A DNA stretch of 64,000 nt from Candidatus Daviesbacteria bacterium RIFCSPLOWO2_01_FULL_39_23. GTDB lineage: Bacteria; Patescibacteriota; Microgenomatia; Daviesbacterales; UBA10151. The notes below the pieces were generated by a model that saw only the letters and a program-made list of their open reading frames with translations, made no database searches and was not told where the DNA came from. The stretch lies in contig MFDN01000001.1 in NCBI GenBank assembly GCA_001776935.1, positions 165,449 to 229,448 on the forward strand, in the 5' to 3' direction. Of this stretch, positions 1 through 9,599 are shown one piece after another; the stretch's first letter is position 1; each line of letters begins with the position of its first letter. The translations under genes were made by a program, and so were the position numbers.

Positions 1-1700
1 TTCCAAAAGAGACTTTTGGAAGCAGCTTTGCATTGGAAGGTATCAATACATCGCATATAAAAGGTCCTTTAAATTCAAGAGCCTGCTTGATTTTACTTTC
101 TATTTGCTTATTTGTTTTAATCTGCGAACTTTTTAGCCCATAAGCTTTAACGATTTTAATAAAGTCCGGTACGCTATAACCTGTTTGCGGTTCTGTAGCA
201 AGAAAGTTGCTGTTAAAATATTCTTCCTGGAATTGTTTTATTATTGCGTAGGATTTGCTGTTTAAGATAAAAATCTTTATGGGCAAATTATAATATTTTA
301 AAGTTTGAAGTTCCTGAATATTCATTTGGAACCCTCCGTCTCCTATAATGCAGATTATTTCTTTTCCTCCCAGAGCAATTGAAGCTCCAATGCTTGCCGG
401 AAAGGAGTAGGCCATAGGGGAATTGCCCATGGCAGAAAAAAGCCGTTGGCCTTTTCTTACATGAAATGCCTGAATCGTCCATGTTAAATTTCCTCCGCAA
501 TCCGCAATAACAACTGCGTCATTTTTAAGGTGTTTTGATAAAGTTTCTATAAAAACATAAGGATCAACATAATCACGCTTCTTATACCATTCACTAAGTA
601 CAGCAGGATATTTCTCCTTCCAAGCGATAGTCTGTTTTAACCAGGAATCGTTTTTGGGAATTTTTGCATTTTTGGTTTCAGATATAAATTTGGGGATAAC
701 ATCACGAATATCGGCGCAGATTGCAATATCGGGAGTTAACCCCCTTCCTTTAAAAATTTCGGCCCGGTCAATATCGACTACAATCTTTTGTGCTGCTCTT
801 GCAAAAGTTGCCGGTTTTCCACCGGTGATTCTGGTATCCAGTCTGGAGCCAAGACTTAAAATGCAGTCGCTGTTTTGGACCGTAAAGTTTGCTGCCCTGC
901 TGCCATATACTCCTATTTGTCCAATATAAAACGGATGGTTGTGATGTAAAACATCTATACCGCTCCAGGTTGAAACAACAGGTATACCAAGGAGATTAAC
1001 TAAAATTTCAAATTCTTTTATTTGATCAGCGTAGCGTATTGCTCCACCGGCTATGACAACTGCACGCTGTACACTTTTTAATAATTGGATGGCTTTGGAT
1101 ATATTTTGGTTAATTAATCGGGTGTTATCAATATCCAATATAATTTCACTCGGGTTAAATTTTCTGAGTTTACTGACAATTATTTCTGCCCGTTGTACAT
1201 TCATCGGCATATCTAAAAGCACCGGTCCGGGTCTTCCGGATTTGGCGATATAAATGACCTTCTCAAGATAATATCGGATATCTTCAGGATTTGTTACCTG
1301 AACTGCGAATTTTGTGATTGGTTTTACCATCTCAACAATATCAGTTTCCTGAAAACCTATTTGTCTTACTTTTCGGCTTTGTCTCGATTCAGATGTGTTA
1401 ACCTGTCCGGTGATGCAAATCATTGGTATAGAATCAAAGTATGCGCAGGCAATTCCTGTAATGAGGTTGGTCATACCCGGTCCGCTGGTTGCCATGGCAG
1501 CCCCTATATTTTTAGTAATGCGGGCATAAGCTTCCGCTGCCATTGCGCCTGCCTGTTCGTGTTGAACGCATCTATAATCAATACCTTTCGTTGTCCCCAG
1601 TGATTGAACCATATGGACAGAAGCCCCACCAATAATTTGAAAAACATGCCGGATGCCGTTTTTAGCGAGAAAAGAAGCTAAATAATCAGAAACTTTCATT
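1..1700 (-). CDS. Thiamine-diphosphate-dependent enzyme, acetolactate synthase large-subunit family (IlvB/YerE-like). The 3' end is cut by the window edge.
   Basis: Manual minus-strand translation from the ATG at the complement of 1698-1700 gives MKVSDYLASFLAKNGIRHVFQIIGGASVHMVQSLG...GPGMTNLITGIACAY...ICITGQ...IIGDGGFQMNIQELQT... This reads as the TPP_enzyme N, M and C domains with a GDG...N ThDP-binding motif. The frame stays open to nt 3, about 566 codons. It is absent from the ORF track, presumably because no stop codon lies inside the window. The plus-strand ORFs in this span are antisense artefacts. Confidence 0.75.
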
Positions 1701-1760
1701 TTTTTTGTGCTTAGTATTGAAGCTAGTCTATATAAAAAGCAAGCTTAAGTCAAGGAAGAA

Positions 1761-2204
1761 TCAGGCAGCCGGGTGGACAAAATCAAACTTTGGAAAAATG
1801 CTTCTTAATACCTCCTCAGGTCCGACAATACATCTTCCTACAAAATCAAAGCGCGGCCACTCACCTCTTAATACCCCGGTATCTTCTATTGCTTTCTTAA
1901 CTATAGCTTGTTCGTAACGGTTTAGAGCTTCTCCCCGGACATCTTGCAGAAAATCTTCCTGACTCATTAGAAGCTTTATTCCTTTCGTTGGATTTAAAGA
2001 AGCTAATAAAGCAGGAGGAATGATTTCCTCCATTGTGGATGTTTGTCCATAACAATGTCTGTGTGCTATTGTCCTATCAGGAGTATAAGTTGGGCAGTCT
2101 ATAATTTGATCTCTTTGTTCCGGCAAAATTGACTCTATGATTTGTTCAAAAGTTTCCTCGGAAGCTACAAATATTAATACAGGTTCTGCGTCAATTCTTT
2201 TCAT
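1761..2204 (-). CDS. Hypothetical protein (147 aa) between the ThDP enzyme and the amidotransferase genes.
   Basis: Open frame from the ORF track on the same strand as the operon. I recognise no motif. Its stop lies 9 nt upstream of the preceding gene. Confidence 0.35.
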   Translation of the reverse strand: MKRIDAEPVLIFVASEETFEQIIESILPEQRDQIIDCPTYTPDRTIAHRHCYGQTSTMEEIIPPALLASLNPTKGIKLLMSQEDFLQDVRGEALNRYEQAIVKKAIEDTGVLRGEWPRFDFVGRCIVGPEEVLRSIFPKFDFVHPAA

Positions 2205-2212
2205 TTGTGTTT

Positions 2213-3451
2213 TTATATATCATCAACTCCGTCTTTATTTACAGTATGTCTTAGTTTCCATCCACTCTTTGTTTTGGACCACAGATGCGGGGATTTAAAT
2301 TGATTGCAAAGAGATAAAAAGTGCTCCGGCTTCATATCTAAATAATTCATTACTTCATTAAAATATCTGTCCGGAAATTCTCCGTCAAATTTTTTTACTA
2401 AAGCCTGTCCTTCTTCCCGTGTTAAATGTTTATTTCTAATTTCTTGAGAAGCATCGTAAGTTGCCCGGCCGATGCCAAATTTCATAAATGTTGTATAATA
2501 ATGCAGGTCATCAATTTTGTCATCGATGCTGTTGTATTTGCTGTAAGTGCCTTGTGTTCTAAACGGCCGTGCTTTAAAACCGCAGTGCTCAACCGCGAAG
2601 TAGTACGCTTCTTGCGGTACCCATTTTGTATAATATCCAAGATATCGTACTTCAATTTTTGTTTTCTCCAGCTCGGTATAAATTACAGGTAAATATGCCA
2701 TCAAATCGGTAAGAGAAATTTTATATTTGCTGATTAATTCTTTAACAGGTACCCCGCCGAAATAGATTTCATCAAGATTTTTAAAAGTATAATAAGATTT
2801 ATCCCGTAGTGAGCTTGAGTTATCTACAATAGGATTGCCGTATTCAGCTTCATTTTCACCATAAAAAATTAAGGGAATTTTGTATTTAATGGCGATTTTT
2901 GGAGCTAGATTCTTCTGTCCTAAGATAAATGTTTGAAAAGGATGGAGAAGATTCTCGATTGACAATTTTGTCAACAACCTCATAACGTTGCCGTTTGGTT
3001 TAAATGTAATATTGTCAAATCCGCCTAATTCAATCCAGCTTTTGAAATTTTGGTAACCATAATCCGTATACATAATAGGAGGCCAGGTAATGGTTAGGGG
3101 ATGCATGCCGTATTTGTATTTAAGCAAGTGCGCAGTCATTGCACTGTCTTTCCCGCCGCTTCCGGGTACCAGACAATCATAATTGCCATCGTTTTTGCGG
3201 TATTTATCCAAAAGCTCGAGTAACTCTTTTTCCCTTTGTTGCCAGTTGATACTCTCTTTGTATTGGGCATATCTGCAAGCATCGCAAATCCCGTCTGTGC
3301 TTATATTTAGGGTTTCTTTCTTGCTTTCGCTTGTATGTTTAAACTCTATTGTTGAAACCGGACGCTGGTTAGACATTACGCATTTTTTGCAGAAAATAAC
3401 CTTACCGGGTAATCCGTATTTTGCATCTAAATTTTTTTTAACTTTTCCCAT
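2213..3451 (-). CDS. N-acetyl sugar amidotransferase (WbuX/WbpG/PseA family PP-loop ATP pyrophosphatase).
   Basis: It carries the PP-loop motif SGGKDS (LVPGSGGKDSAMTA), an N-terminal Cys-rich segment, and the length and profile typical of LPS-type N-acetyl sugar amidotransferases. HisH- and HisF-like partners lie immediately downstream on the same strand. Confidence 0.8.
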   Translation of the reverse strand: MGKVKKNLDAKYGLPGKVIFCKKCVMSNQRPVSTIEFKHTSESKKETLNISTDGICDACRYAQYKESINWQQREKELLELLDKYRKNDGNYDCLVPGSGGKDSAMTAHLLKYKYGMHPLTITWPPIMYTDYGYQNFKSWIELGGFDNITFKPNGNVMRLLTKLSIENLLHPFQTFILGQKNLAPKIAIKYKIPLIFYGENEAEYGNPIVDNSSSLRDKSYYTFKNLDEIYFGGVPVKELISKYKISLTDLMAYLPVIYTELEKTKIEVRYLGYYTKWVPQEAYYFAVEHCGFKARPFRTQGTYSKYNSIDDKIDDLHYYTTFMKFGIGRATYDASQEIRNKHLTREEGQALVKKFDGEFPDRYFNEVMNYLDMKPEHFLSLCNQFKSPHLWSKTKSGWKLRHTVNKDGVDDI

Positions 3452-3453
3452 AA

Positions 3454-4083
3454 TTATTTTAAACTGAGCCAGTTTTTATATATTTTGATTCCTTCTGCGC
3501 CGCTTTTTTCCGGATGGAATTGGGTAGCAAATATATTATTTGAAAGTATTGCCGAACAATATCTAATGTCCTCATAGATTGTTTCGGATAGTATAGCATT
3601 AGTCTCTCCGGCAGTCACATAGAACGAATGAACAAAATACATAAATTCTCCCGGCAGGGTATTTTTAAAGGGAGAGTTATCCCAGAGTTGTTTATCTTTT
3701 TGTAAGATCTGGTTCCAGCCAATTTGGGGGACCTTGATTCTTTTTCCCTTGCTTGAGAATTTTCTAACCTGACCCTTAATCAAATCCAAACCTTTGTGGT
3801 TACCGAATTCTTCGCTTTGCGAAAACAGCAACTGCATACCTAAACAAACTCCCATAAACGGGCGGCCGGATGAGGTGAATTCCTTTATCACACTAATAAG
3901 CTCCAAATTTTGAAGATTTTTCATTGCATCGCCAAATGCTCCGACTCCTGGTAAGATAGCTGCGTCTGAATCAGCTATATCAGACTTGTCGGAAGTAATT
4001 TGTGAATCAACCTGCAAATAATCCAAGGCATGCTTGATGCTGAATAAGTTACTTAACTGGTAATCTATTATTGCGATTTTCAT
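3454..4083 (-). CDS. Glutamine amidotransferase subunit, HisH-like (WbuY-type).
   Basis: Class-I GATase features: MKIAIIDYQLSNLFS..., a GVCLGMQLL catalytic Cys segment, and HPEKS near the C-terminus. It overlaps the HisF-like gene by 1 nt. Confidence 0.8.
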   Translation of the reverse strand: MKIAIIDYQLSNLFSIKHALDYLQVDSQITSDKSDIADSDAAILPGVGAFGDAMKNLQNLELISVIKEFTSSGRPFMGVCLGMQLLFSQSEEFGNHKGLDLIKGQVRKFSSKGKRIKVPQIGWNQILQKDKQLWDNSPFKNTLPGEFMYFVHSFYVTAGETNAILSETIYEDIRYCSAILSNNIFATQFHPEKSGAEGIKIYKNWLSLK

Positions 4084-4928
4084 CAGTATCTTATTGATAC
4101 TCCTTTATGTTTAAGATAATTTTTGATTTCTTTTAAGCTGACAGGTTCTATCTTGGAAAAAATCAGACCCTTTTTTAAGAATTCAATATTTCCTTCATTT
4201 ATAAAATTATTGGTATTGGCATGATTTTTAACGAAGTCATAATGCAGCATTGAGGCAACAACGACTGCATCTGCTCCGCCTTCCGTGATTATACGGTAAA
4301 TATCATCCGGCGATCCGGCTCCTCCGCAGGCCACTACAGGAATGGATATATTTTGCGAAATCATTTTAGTTAAACCGATATCATATCCTTCCCCGGTACC
4401 CTCTTTATCTACGGAGGTAATGATAATCTCACCTGCTCCTAAACTTTCCACCTTTTTTGCCCATTCCAAAACCTCGAGTCCTGTTTCTTCCCTGCCGTTA
4501 TCAATATAGGAAAAATATTTTCCGTCAGGTTGTTTGATTGCCTCAATGGACACGGCAATAGTGGATGAGCCAAAGATTCGCGAAGCCTCTTTTATGATGG
4601 AGGGGTTTTTTACAGCAGCAGTGTTAAGGGAGACTTTATCTGCTCCTGATCTTAAGACCGCACGGATATCATCTATTGTCCTGATCCCTCCGCCGACAGT
4701 TAAGGGGATGAATATGTCTCCGGCGGTTTTTGAAATAATATCATGCAGGCTGTTTCTATTATATAAAGAGGCAACTACATCCATATATAGAAGTTCGTCT
4801 GCGCCGTTTTCATAATAATATTTAGCAAAATCCTCGGGTTTACCAAGGACGCGTAAGCCTTCTAAATGGATTCCTTTTACCAGATTAGGACCTTTTATAT
4901 CGAGCCGGGCTATAATTCTGTGAGTCAT
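4083..4928 (-). CDS. Imidazole-glycerol-phosphate-synthase cyclase-like subunit, HisF-like (WbuZ-type).
   Basis: HisF-like (beta/alpha)8 sequence: IIARLDIKGPNLVKG..., LTVGGGIRTIDD..., VVASMLHY. The ORF track starts it at 4961. The internal Met at 4928 (MTHRIIARLD) removes the 26-nt overlap with the upstream SDR and is the likelier start. Confidence 0.8.
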   Translation of the reverse strand: MTHRIIARLDIKGPNLVKGIHLEGLRVLGKPEDFAKYYYENGADELLYMDVVASLYNRNSLHDIISKTAGDIFIPLTVGGGIRTIDDIRAVLRSGADKVSLNTAAVKNPSIIKEASRIFGSSTIAVSIEAIKQPDGKYFSYIDNGREETGLEVLEWAKKVESLGAGEIIITSVDKEGTGEGYDIGLTKMISQNISIPVVACGGAGSPDDIYRIITEGGADAVVVASMLHYDFVKNHANTNNFINEGNIEFLKKGLIFSKIEPVSLKEIKNYLKHKGVSIRY

Positions 4929-4935
4929 TGAAAAG

Positions 4936-5724
4936 TTAAATCGCGGTCCAGCCTCCATCAACCATAAAAGCAGTTCCTGTAATATATGACGACGCGTCTG
5001 AAGCTAAAAATAAAACTGCACTGGCAATTTCTTCGGGTTTTCCCATCCTGCCAAGAGGTGTATTTTCCTCATAATTTTTGACGAAAATCTTGTTTTGGTT
5101 ATCAAAGATACCTCCCGGGCAAATTGTGTTTATCCTGACCTGGAATTTTCCGAAATAAGAAGCCAGATACTTTCCTAAATTAACTATCCCTCCCTTAATG
5201 GCGCAATATGCCATGGGACTGGTTAGGCCCGTGCCTTCATAAACGGAGAAATCATTGCCCACAACTCCATAAATTGAGCCAAAATTTATTAAACTCCCGC
5301 TTTTCTGCTCCTTCATTATCAGACAAACTTTTCGGCTGATCCAGCTGTAAGCGTTTAAATGCATATCTACATTTTTTTGCCACGACTCTAAAGATAAATC
5401 TTCAACTTTTTTTCCCCAGTCTGTGGTTCTTGGGTAAGCCGCATTTACCCAAACATCAATCCTTCCGTACTTTTTGTGTAAGTTATCAACTTTTTTATCA
5501 ATATTGATAGTATCTGTAATGTCAAATACTTCAAAGGATATATTTTTTCCTTCACCCTGCAGTTTTTTTTGCAATTCCCCGCTTTTTTGATCTATTTCCA
5601 ATATGACCACGTGCGCTCCGGCATCAGCCAAAGCATTTGTTACCTCTGTTCCCAAAAGACCAGCGCCGCCGGTTACAAAAGCAATTTTTCCTTTCAGTGA
5701 GAATTTTTTTAAATAATTTTTCAC
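4936..5724 (-). CDS. Short-chain dehydrogenase/reductase (SDR) family oxidoreductase.
   Basis: N-terminal TGGAGLLG Rossmann motif, YxxxK-type segment (AYCAIKGG), and about 260 aa. PtmA-like SDRs are common in nonulosonate islands. Confidence 0.75.
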   Translation of the reverse strand: MKNYLKKFSLKGKIAFVTGGAGLLGTEVTNALADAGAHVVILEIDQKSGELQKKLQGEGKNISFEVFDITDTINIDKKVDNLHKKYGRIDVWVNAAYPRTTDWGKKVEDLSLESWQKNVDMHLNAYSWISRKVCLIMKEQKSGSLINFGSIYGVVGNDFSVYEGTGLTSPMAYCAIKGGIVNLGKYLASYFGKFQVRINTICPGGIFDNQNKIFVKNYEENTPLGRMGKPEEIASAVLFLASDASSYITGTAFMVDGGWTAI

Positions 5725-6425
5725 AAAGATATTATACCTTCCTTTACCAAAAATTCTATAAATCTAAAATCGGTTTCCGAGTCGATATCTTTTGAGATTT
5801 CATTCATTACATACACAATAGAATTATCGCTTATGGAGCTGTTATTCTCTTCATTTATAAGATAATCCCGGTCATAAATATAAATTGATGCGTTCATATC
5901 GTAGACTTTTGGAGCATCCTGACGGCGGACGAAATCACCCTTTTTGCTTAAAACTGCTTTGCCGTCATTTGTTTCTTCAACCATATTAAAGTAGGGGTTT
6001 CTGTGTGCAGGAACAACACTGAATAAGGTTTTTGGGTTCTTTTTTGTAAACAATTTTAACGAATTTTCTAAATCCGATATTTTCCTGACAGGGGAAGTAA
6101 CATCAAGATCCATCACGCAGTCGTATTTTTCTTTGTAGAATTCTTCACAGTAATTTAGGGCATGCCTAAGGACCGGAACCTTGGCAGCTGTATCTGTAGC
6201 AAGCGCAGCAGGTCTTATGAAAGGCACTTCAGCTCCAAATTGTCTGGCGAAAACCGCAATTTCCTCTGAATCCGTACTGACAATAATACGTGTGTCTTTG
6301 CTCCACTCTTTTGCCTGTTTTATTGTGTAATAGATCAGGGGTTTTCCTAATATCTCTCTGATATTTTTGCCTTTGACGCCTTTTGACCCTCCCCTTGCGC
6401 AAATTGTAATTAATATATTATTCAT
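5721..6425 (-). CDS. CMP-nonulosonate synthetase (acylneuraminate cytidylyltransferase family, NeuA/LegF/PseF-like).
   Basis: The N-terminal ICARGGSKGVKGKN motif is characteristic of CMP-NeuAc synthetase-family cytidylyltransferases. Length is about 234 aa, and the gene is adjacent to NulO synthase-pathway genes. Confidence 0.8.
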   Translation of the reverse strand: MNNILITICARGGSKGVKGKNIREILGKPLIYYTIKQAKEWSKDTRIIVSTDSEEIAVFARQFGAEVPFIRPAALATDTAAKVPVLRHALNYCEEFYKEKYDCVMDLDVTSPVRKISDLENSLKLFTKKNPKTLFSVVPAHRNPYFNMVEETNDGKAVLSKKGDFVRRQDAPKVYDMNASIYIYDRDYLINEENNSSISDNSIVYVMNEISKDIDSETDFRFIEFLVKEGIISL

Positions 6426-6430
6426 TTTAA

Positions 6431-6817
6431 TTAGACTAAAGACATACCTCTTTTAATTAATTGAATGGGTAATCCCCATGGATCCCTAAGCATTGCCATT
6501 TTATCTCCATTTTCCGAAACGGAAATTTCACTAACTACCTCGGCTCCAGCAGAAACAAGTTTTTGATAAGTTGTTTCTATATCCAGAACAGAAAAACCTA
6601 AGTGCATAATGACCGGATCCAAAGATCTGTAATCAGGAACTATTTTATCGGGTAAGCGGAAAATCTCAAGCAGTATTTTTTTTGGATGATCTGCTATAAA
6701 GTGCGCGAAGGGAGAAATATTCATCTGTTTGATTACTGTAAATCTCAGATTATCAGAATACCATTTTGCCGCAGCAACCGGATCTTTCATCATTAGTGCT
6801 AAATGCTCAATTTTCAT
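6431..6817 (-). CDS. VOC (glyoxalase / bleomycin-resistance / dioxygenase) family protein.
   Basis: 128 aa with a MKIEHLALMMKD start and the beta-alpha-beta-beta-beta module spacing typical of VOC proteins. Assignment is by general resemblance only. Confidence 0.5.
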   Translation of the reverse strand: MKIEHLALMMKDPVAAAKWYSDNLRFTVIKQMNISPFAHFIADHPKKILLEIFRLPDKIVPDYRSLDPVIMHLGFSVLDIETTYQKLVSAGAEVVSEISVSENGDKMAMLRDPWGLPIQLIKRGMSLV

Positions 6818-7760
6818 TTTTAAAATAAATTATTTTTTTATACAAATCAACTGCATTTGTTAAATTATTCATCATCCTCGGATTTTCTATATTATCAAAA
6901 AAATACTTTATTTGCTCTTCGTACTCCTGACCCTTTTTGTATTTTAATTTAATAATATTTTTGAGTTCTTCATGTTGATACTCTTTAATTTCGGCATTAA
7001 CAATATCTCCGATAACGGTTAAGTCTTCAAAATCGATTTGTATAAATCTTTGGCGGAAATGGCTTAAAAAGTTGATGTGAATATTAACAGGACACATTGG
7101 TGTTGAAACAAGCATATCTGCGTAGTCTTCGGCATCTGTAGTCACCTGGCCCATACGGGCAAAATTTCCGATGATTTTTTGGATGTTGTCAAGAAGATAA
7201 GAAGTGTAGTCCAGTTCGTGTGATAAATCCAGGATGACTCCTCCGCCCATTTGGGTATTGGCAGAATAGCTTTTAAGATAATTTTTATTTGGTCTCCACA
7301 TGGGCAGGAAAGAAGTGCAAACAACCCTCATATGCAAAGGTTTTTTGGAAGATAAATAATCTTTTAATTTTTTGATCACAGGGTTAAAACGAAGATTATA
7401 AGCGACATAAGTAACAAGATTTTTCTCTTTTAAAAGTTTTAAAAGTTCATCTAGACCGCTTAAATTTTGGCCGATTGGTTTTTCTACAAAAAGCTTGCAG
7501 TTAAGCTGTGCGCATTTGATGGCTGTTTCAATATGAAGACTTGTTGGATTTGTAATAAAAGCAATATCAGGTTTTAATTTTTTTACTTCATCCCATAAGT
7601 GAAGTTCCGCAATGCCTAATTTATTGGGGGTATTTTCCGTTCCCGAGCGAAAGGCGAAAAGCTCATGTTTATAATTTTTCAGCAGAATTTCCGCATGTTT
7701 TTGCCCAATGGATCCTAAACCAAAGAAAATAATTTTCACTATATATGATAGTATATCCAA
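6807..7760 (-). CDS. Gfo/Idh/MocA family NAD(P)-dependent oxidoreductase.
   Basis: N-terminal FFGLGSIGQKH Rossmann motif, a C-terminal alpha/beta domain, and 317 aa. PtmF-like oxidoreductases occur in legionaminic-acid-type islands. Confidence 0.7.
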   Translation of the reverse strand: MDILSYIVKIIFFGLGSIGQKHAEILLKNYKHELFAFRSGTENTPNKLGIAELHLWDEVKKLKPDIAFITNPTSLHIETAIKCAQLNCKLFVEKPIGQNLSGLDELLKLLKEKNLVTYVAYNLRFNPVIKKLKDYLSSKKPLHMRVVCTSFLPMWRPNKNYLKSYSANTQMGGGVILDLSHELDYTSYLLDNIQKIIGNFARMGQVTTDAEDYADMLVSTPMCPVNIHINFLSHFRQRFIQIDFEDLTVIGDIVNAEIKEYQHEELKNIIKLKYKKGQEYEEQIKYFFDNIENPRMMNNLTNAVDLYKKIIYFKNEN

Positions 7761-7800
7761 AATTTGTAAAATGTAATAGATTCAAATTATAATAATTGAT
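7761..7800. promoter_or_regulatory. Divergent intergenic region with a promoter-like TTGTAA-N18-TATAAT element reading into the NeuB-like operon.
   Basis: ttgtaaaatgtaatagattcaaattataat lies 7 nt upstream of the 7801 ATG. This is a 40-nt gap between divergently transcribed operons. I see no clear Shine-Dalgarno sequence. Confidence 0.25.
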
Positions 7801-8850
7801 ATGACGATAGATAATAAAAAAATTGGGAACGGAAATCCGGTTTTTGTTATTGCTGAAGCCGGTGTCAACCATAACCGGCAGTTGGATTTAGCTCTTCAGC
7901 TGGTGGATATTGCTGCTGCTGCCGGCGCAGATGCGGTTAAATTCCAGACTTTTAAGGCAGAAGAGGTAGTAACCGATTCAGGTGAAATGGCTTCTTACCA
8001 GAAAAAAAATATCGGCAAACAAACCAGTCAAAAAGAAATGTTAAAAAGTTTAGAGCTGCCTGAAGAATTTTATCCGCCACTTCTTAAAAGATGCGAAGAA
8101 AAGAATATTTTGTTTATGTCTACACCGCACGGGGGTATAAAGTCGGTAGATTTTTTAGAATCTTTAGAAGTCAAAGTATACAAAATAGGATCAGGCGATC
8201 TAACAAATTATATCCTTTTAAATAGAGTTGCAAAAACGAAAAAGCCAATTATTCTCAGTACAGGTATGGCGACTTTAAAAGAAGCAAAAGGAGCTGTCGA
8301 TTTTCTTAAATCAAAAGGGGCTTTTCAGATTGCGATTCTGCATTGTACTACCAATTATCCCTGCCCACCCAAAGATGTAAATCTTTTGGCAATGAAAACA
8401 ATGATGGAAGAGCTGGATATACCTGTTGGTTACTCCGATCATACTCAGGGAATTCAAGTTGCAATAATGGCTGCGACCTTAGGGATGACCATTTATGAGT
8501 GTCATTTTACAGTAGATAAAAAATTGCCCGGACCTGATCATATTGCTTCTTGTGAATCGGATGAGTTAAAGGAAAAAATCGAGGCAATAAGAAATGTGCC
8601 GGAAGTTTTGGGAAAAAGCAAAAAAATTCCTACCTTAAGCGAACTGGAATCAATGATTAAAGTGGTCAGAAGGAGTATTGTGGCAGCAAAGGATCTTAAA
8701 GCAGGGCATATTTTAAACGAAGATGATTTAGAGGCAAAGCGGCCGGGAGACGGAGTAGCTCCGCTGCAATTTGAAAAATTTTTAGGAAAAAGATTAAAAG
8801 TATCGCTTAAGACTGATCAGCAGATAACGTTTAAGAATATTGAAAAGTGA
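7801..8850 (+). CDS. Nonulosonic (sialic-acid-like) acid synthase, NeuB/LegI/PseI family, with a C-terminal SAF domain.
   Basis: N-terminal VIAEAGVNHN NeuB signature, the TIM-barrel body, and a C-terminal SAF/antifreeze-like domain (KRPGDGVAPLQFEKFLGKRL). Confidence 0.85.
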   Translation: MTIDNKKIGNGNPVFVIAEAGVNHNRQLDLALQLVDIAAAAGADAVKFQTFKAEEVVTDSGEMASYQKKNIGKQTSQKEMLKSLELPEEFYPPLLKRCEEKNILFMSTPHGGIKSVDFLESLEVKVYKIGSGDLTNYILLNRVAKTKKPIILSTGMATLKEAKGAVDFLKSKGAFQIAILHCTTNYPCPPKDVNLLAMKTMMEELDIPVGYSDHTQGIQVAIMAATLGMTIYECHFTVDKKLPGPDHIASCESDELKEKIEAIRNVPEVLGKSKKIPTLSELESMIKVVRRSIVAAKDLKAGHILNEDDLEAKRPGDGVAPLQFEKFLGKRLKVSLKTDQQITFKNIEK

Positions 8851-9599
8851 AGACAATTTGGCTATCGGCAAATCTTTTGGGGTATGAATTATTAAAAGAA
8901 GCCATCTCGTTAAACGAGGTGGAAATTGGTGCAGTCATCACGCTAAGCAGGGATTCGAAAACGAAAATGTATGATGGTATAGGAATTGATGAGTGGAAAA
9001 AATTAGGCATACCGGTTTTTGGAATCAGCCGGGCCGATGAATCAATTGATTTAATGACCAAACTTGCTCCGGATTTAATTGTTATGTGCGGGTGGAGACA
9101 AATTGTCAGTAAGGAGTTTTTGGGAATTCCGCCGCTTGGGGTTGTGGGGTTTCACCCGACACTTCTACCGCAAGGCAGGGGTCCTGCACCAATAATAAAT
9201 TCAATTTTAGAAGGTTTTACGCGGAGCGGTGTAACAATGTTTTATGCCGACGAAGGTTTAGACAGCGGAGATATAGTCGGACAGGAAAGATTTAATATTG
9301 AAGAGGATGATTATGCTCAGGATGTATATGATAAAGTCATCAAGTCCGGAAAAAATTTAATTAGAAAATATTTGCCCTTAATTTTAGGAAATAAAACTCC
9401 GAAAGAAAAACAGGACGAGAGTAAAGCAACGATTTTTAAAAGAAGGGATATGCATGATAATGAGATTAAGCTTTCCGATCCGCTGGAGGAAATATATAGA
9501 AAGATAAGGGCTTTTTCAAAGCCTTATCTTGGTGCGTATGTTAAAGAAGGCAAAAAAAAGCTGATAATCTGGCAAGCAGAAAGGCAGGATGATGAATAA
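8847..9599 (+). CDS. Formyltransferase (Fmt/PurN-family, sugar N-formyltransferase-like).
   Basis: The formyl_trans_N core is present: VMCGWRQIV..., HPTLLPQGRGPAPI (the HxSLLPxxRG N10-formyl-THF binding motif), and DEGLDSGDI. There is a 4-nt ATGA overlap with the NeuB-like gene. Confidence 0.7.
   Translation: MKTIWLSANLLGYELLKEAISLNEVEIGAVITLSRDSKTKMYDGIGIDEWKKLGIPVFGISRADESIDLMTKLAPDLIVMCGWRQIVSKEFLGIPPLGVVGFHPTLLPQGRGPAPIINSILEGFTRSGVTMFYADEGLDSGDIVGQERFNIEEDDYAQDVYDKVIKSGKNLIRKYLPLILGNKTPKEKQDESKATIFKRRDMHDNEIKLSDPLEEIYRKIRAFSKPYLGAYVKEGKKKLIIWQAERQDDE

Noticed and set aside
654-1917. Plus-strand ORFs of 66-91 aa (654..929, 1053..1253, 1361..1603, 1705..1917) and the minus-strand ORF 288..500.
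   Set aside because: They are antisense to, or out of frame with, the continuous ThDP-enzyme reading frame of about 566 codons on the minus strand. They have low-complexity or odd composition and no motifs.
2426-4815. Small antisense ORFs inside the amidotransferase, HisH and HisF genes (2426..2692, 3183..3467, 4534..4815). Similar cases occur elsewhere, for example 7142..7324, 11621..12333, 18340..18537, 20849..21099, 28288..28602, 36137..36454, 38205..38507 and 58904..59440.
   Set aside because: Each is fully embedded in a longer ORF with clear family motifs on the opposite strand or in another frame. They are typical spurious ORFs in AT-rich DNA.
3454-4961. HisH/HisF as part of histidine biosynthesis.
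   Set aside because: No hisA/B/C/D/G/I genes are adjacent. The pair is coupled to a WbuX-type sugar amidotransferase within a NulO operon, which is the known acetamidino-forming arrangement.
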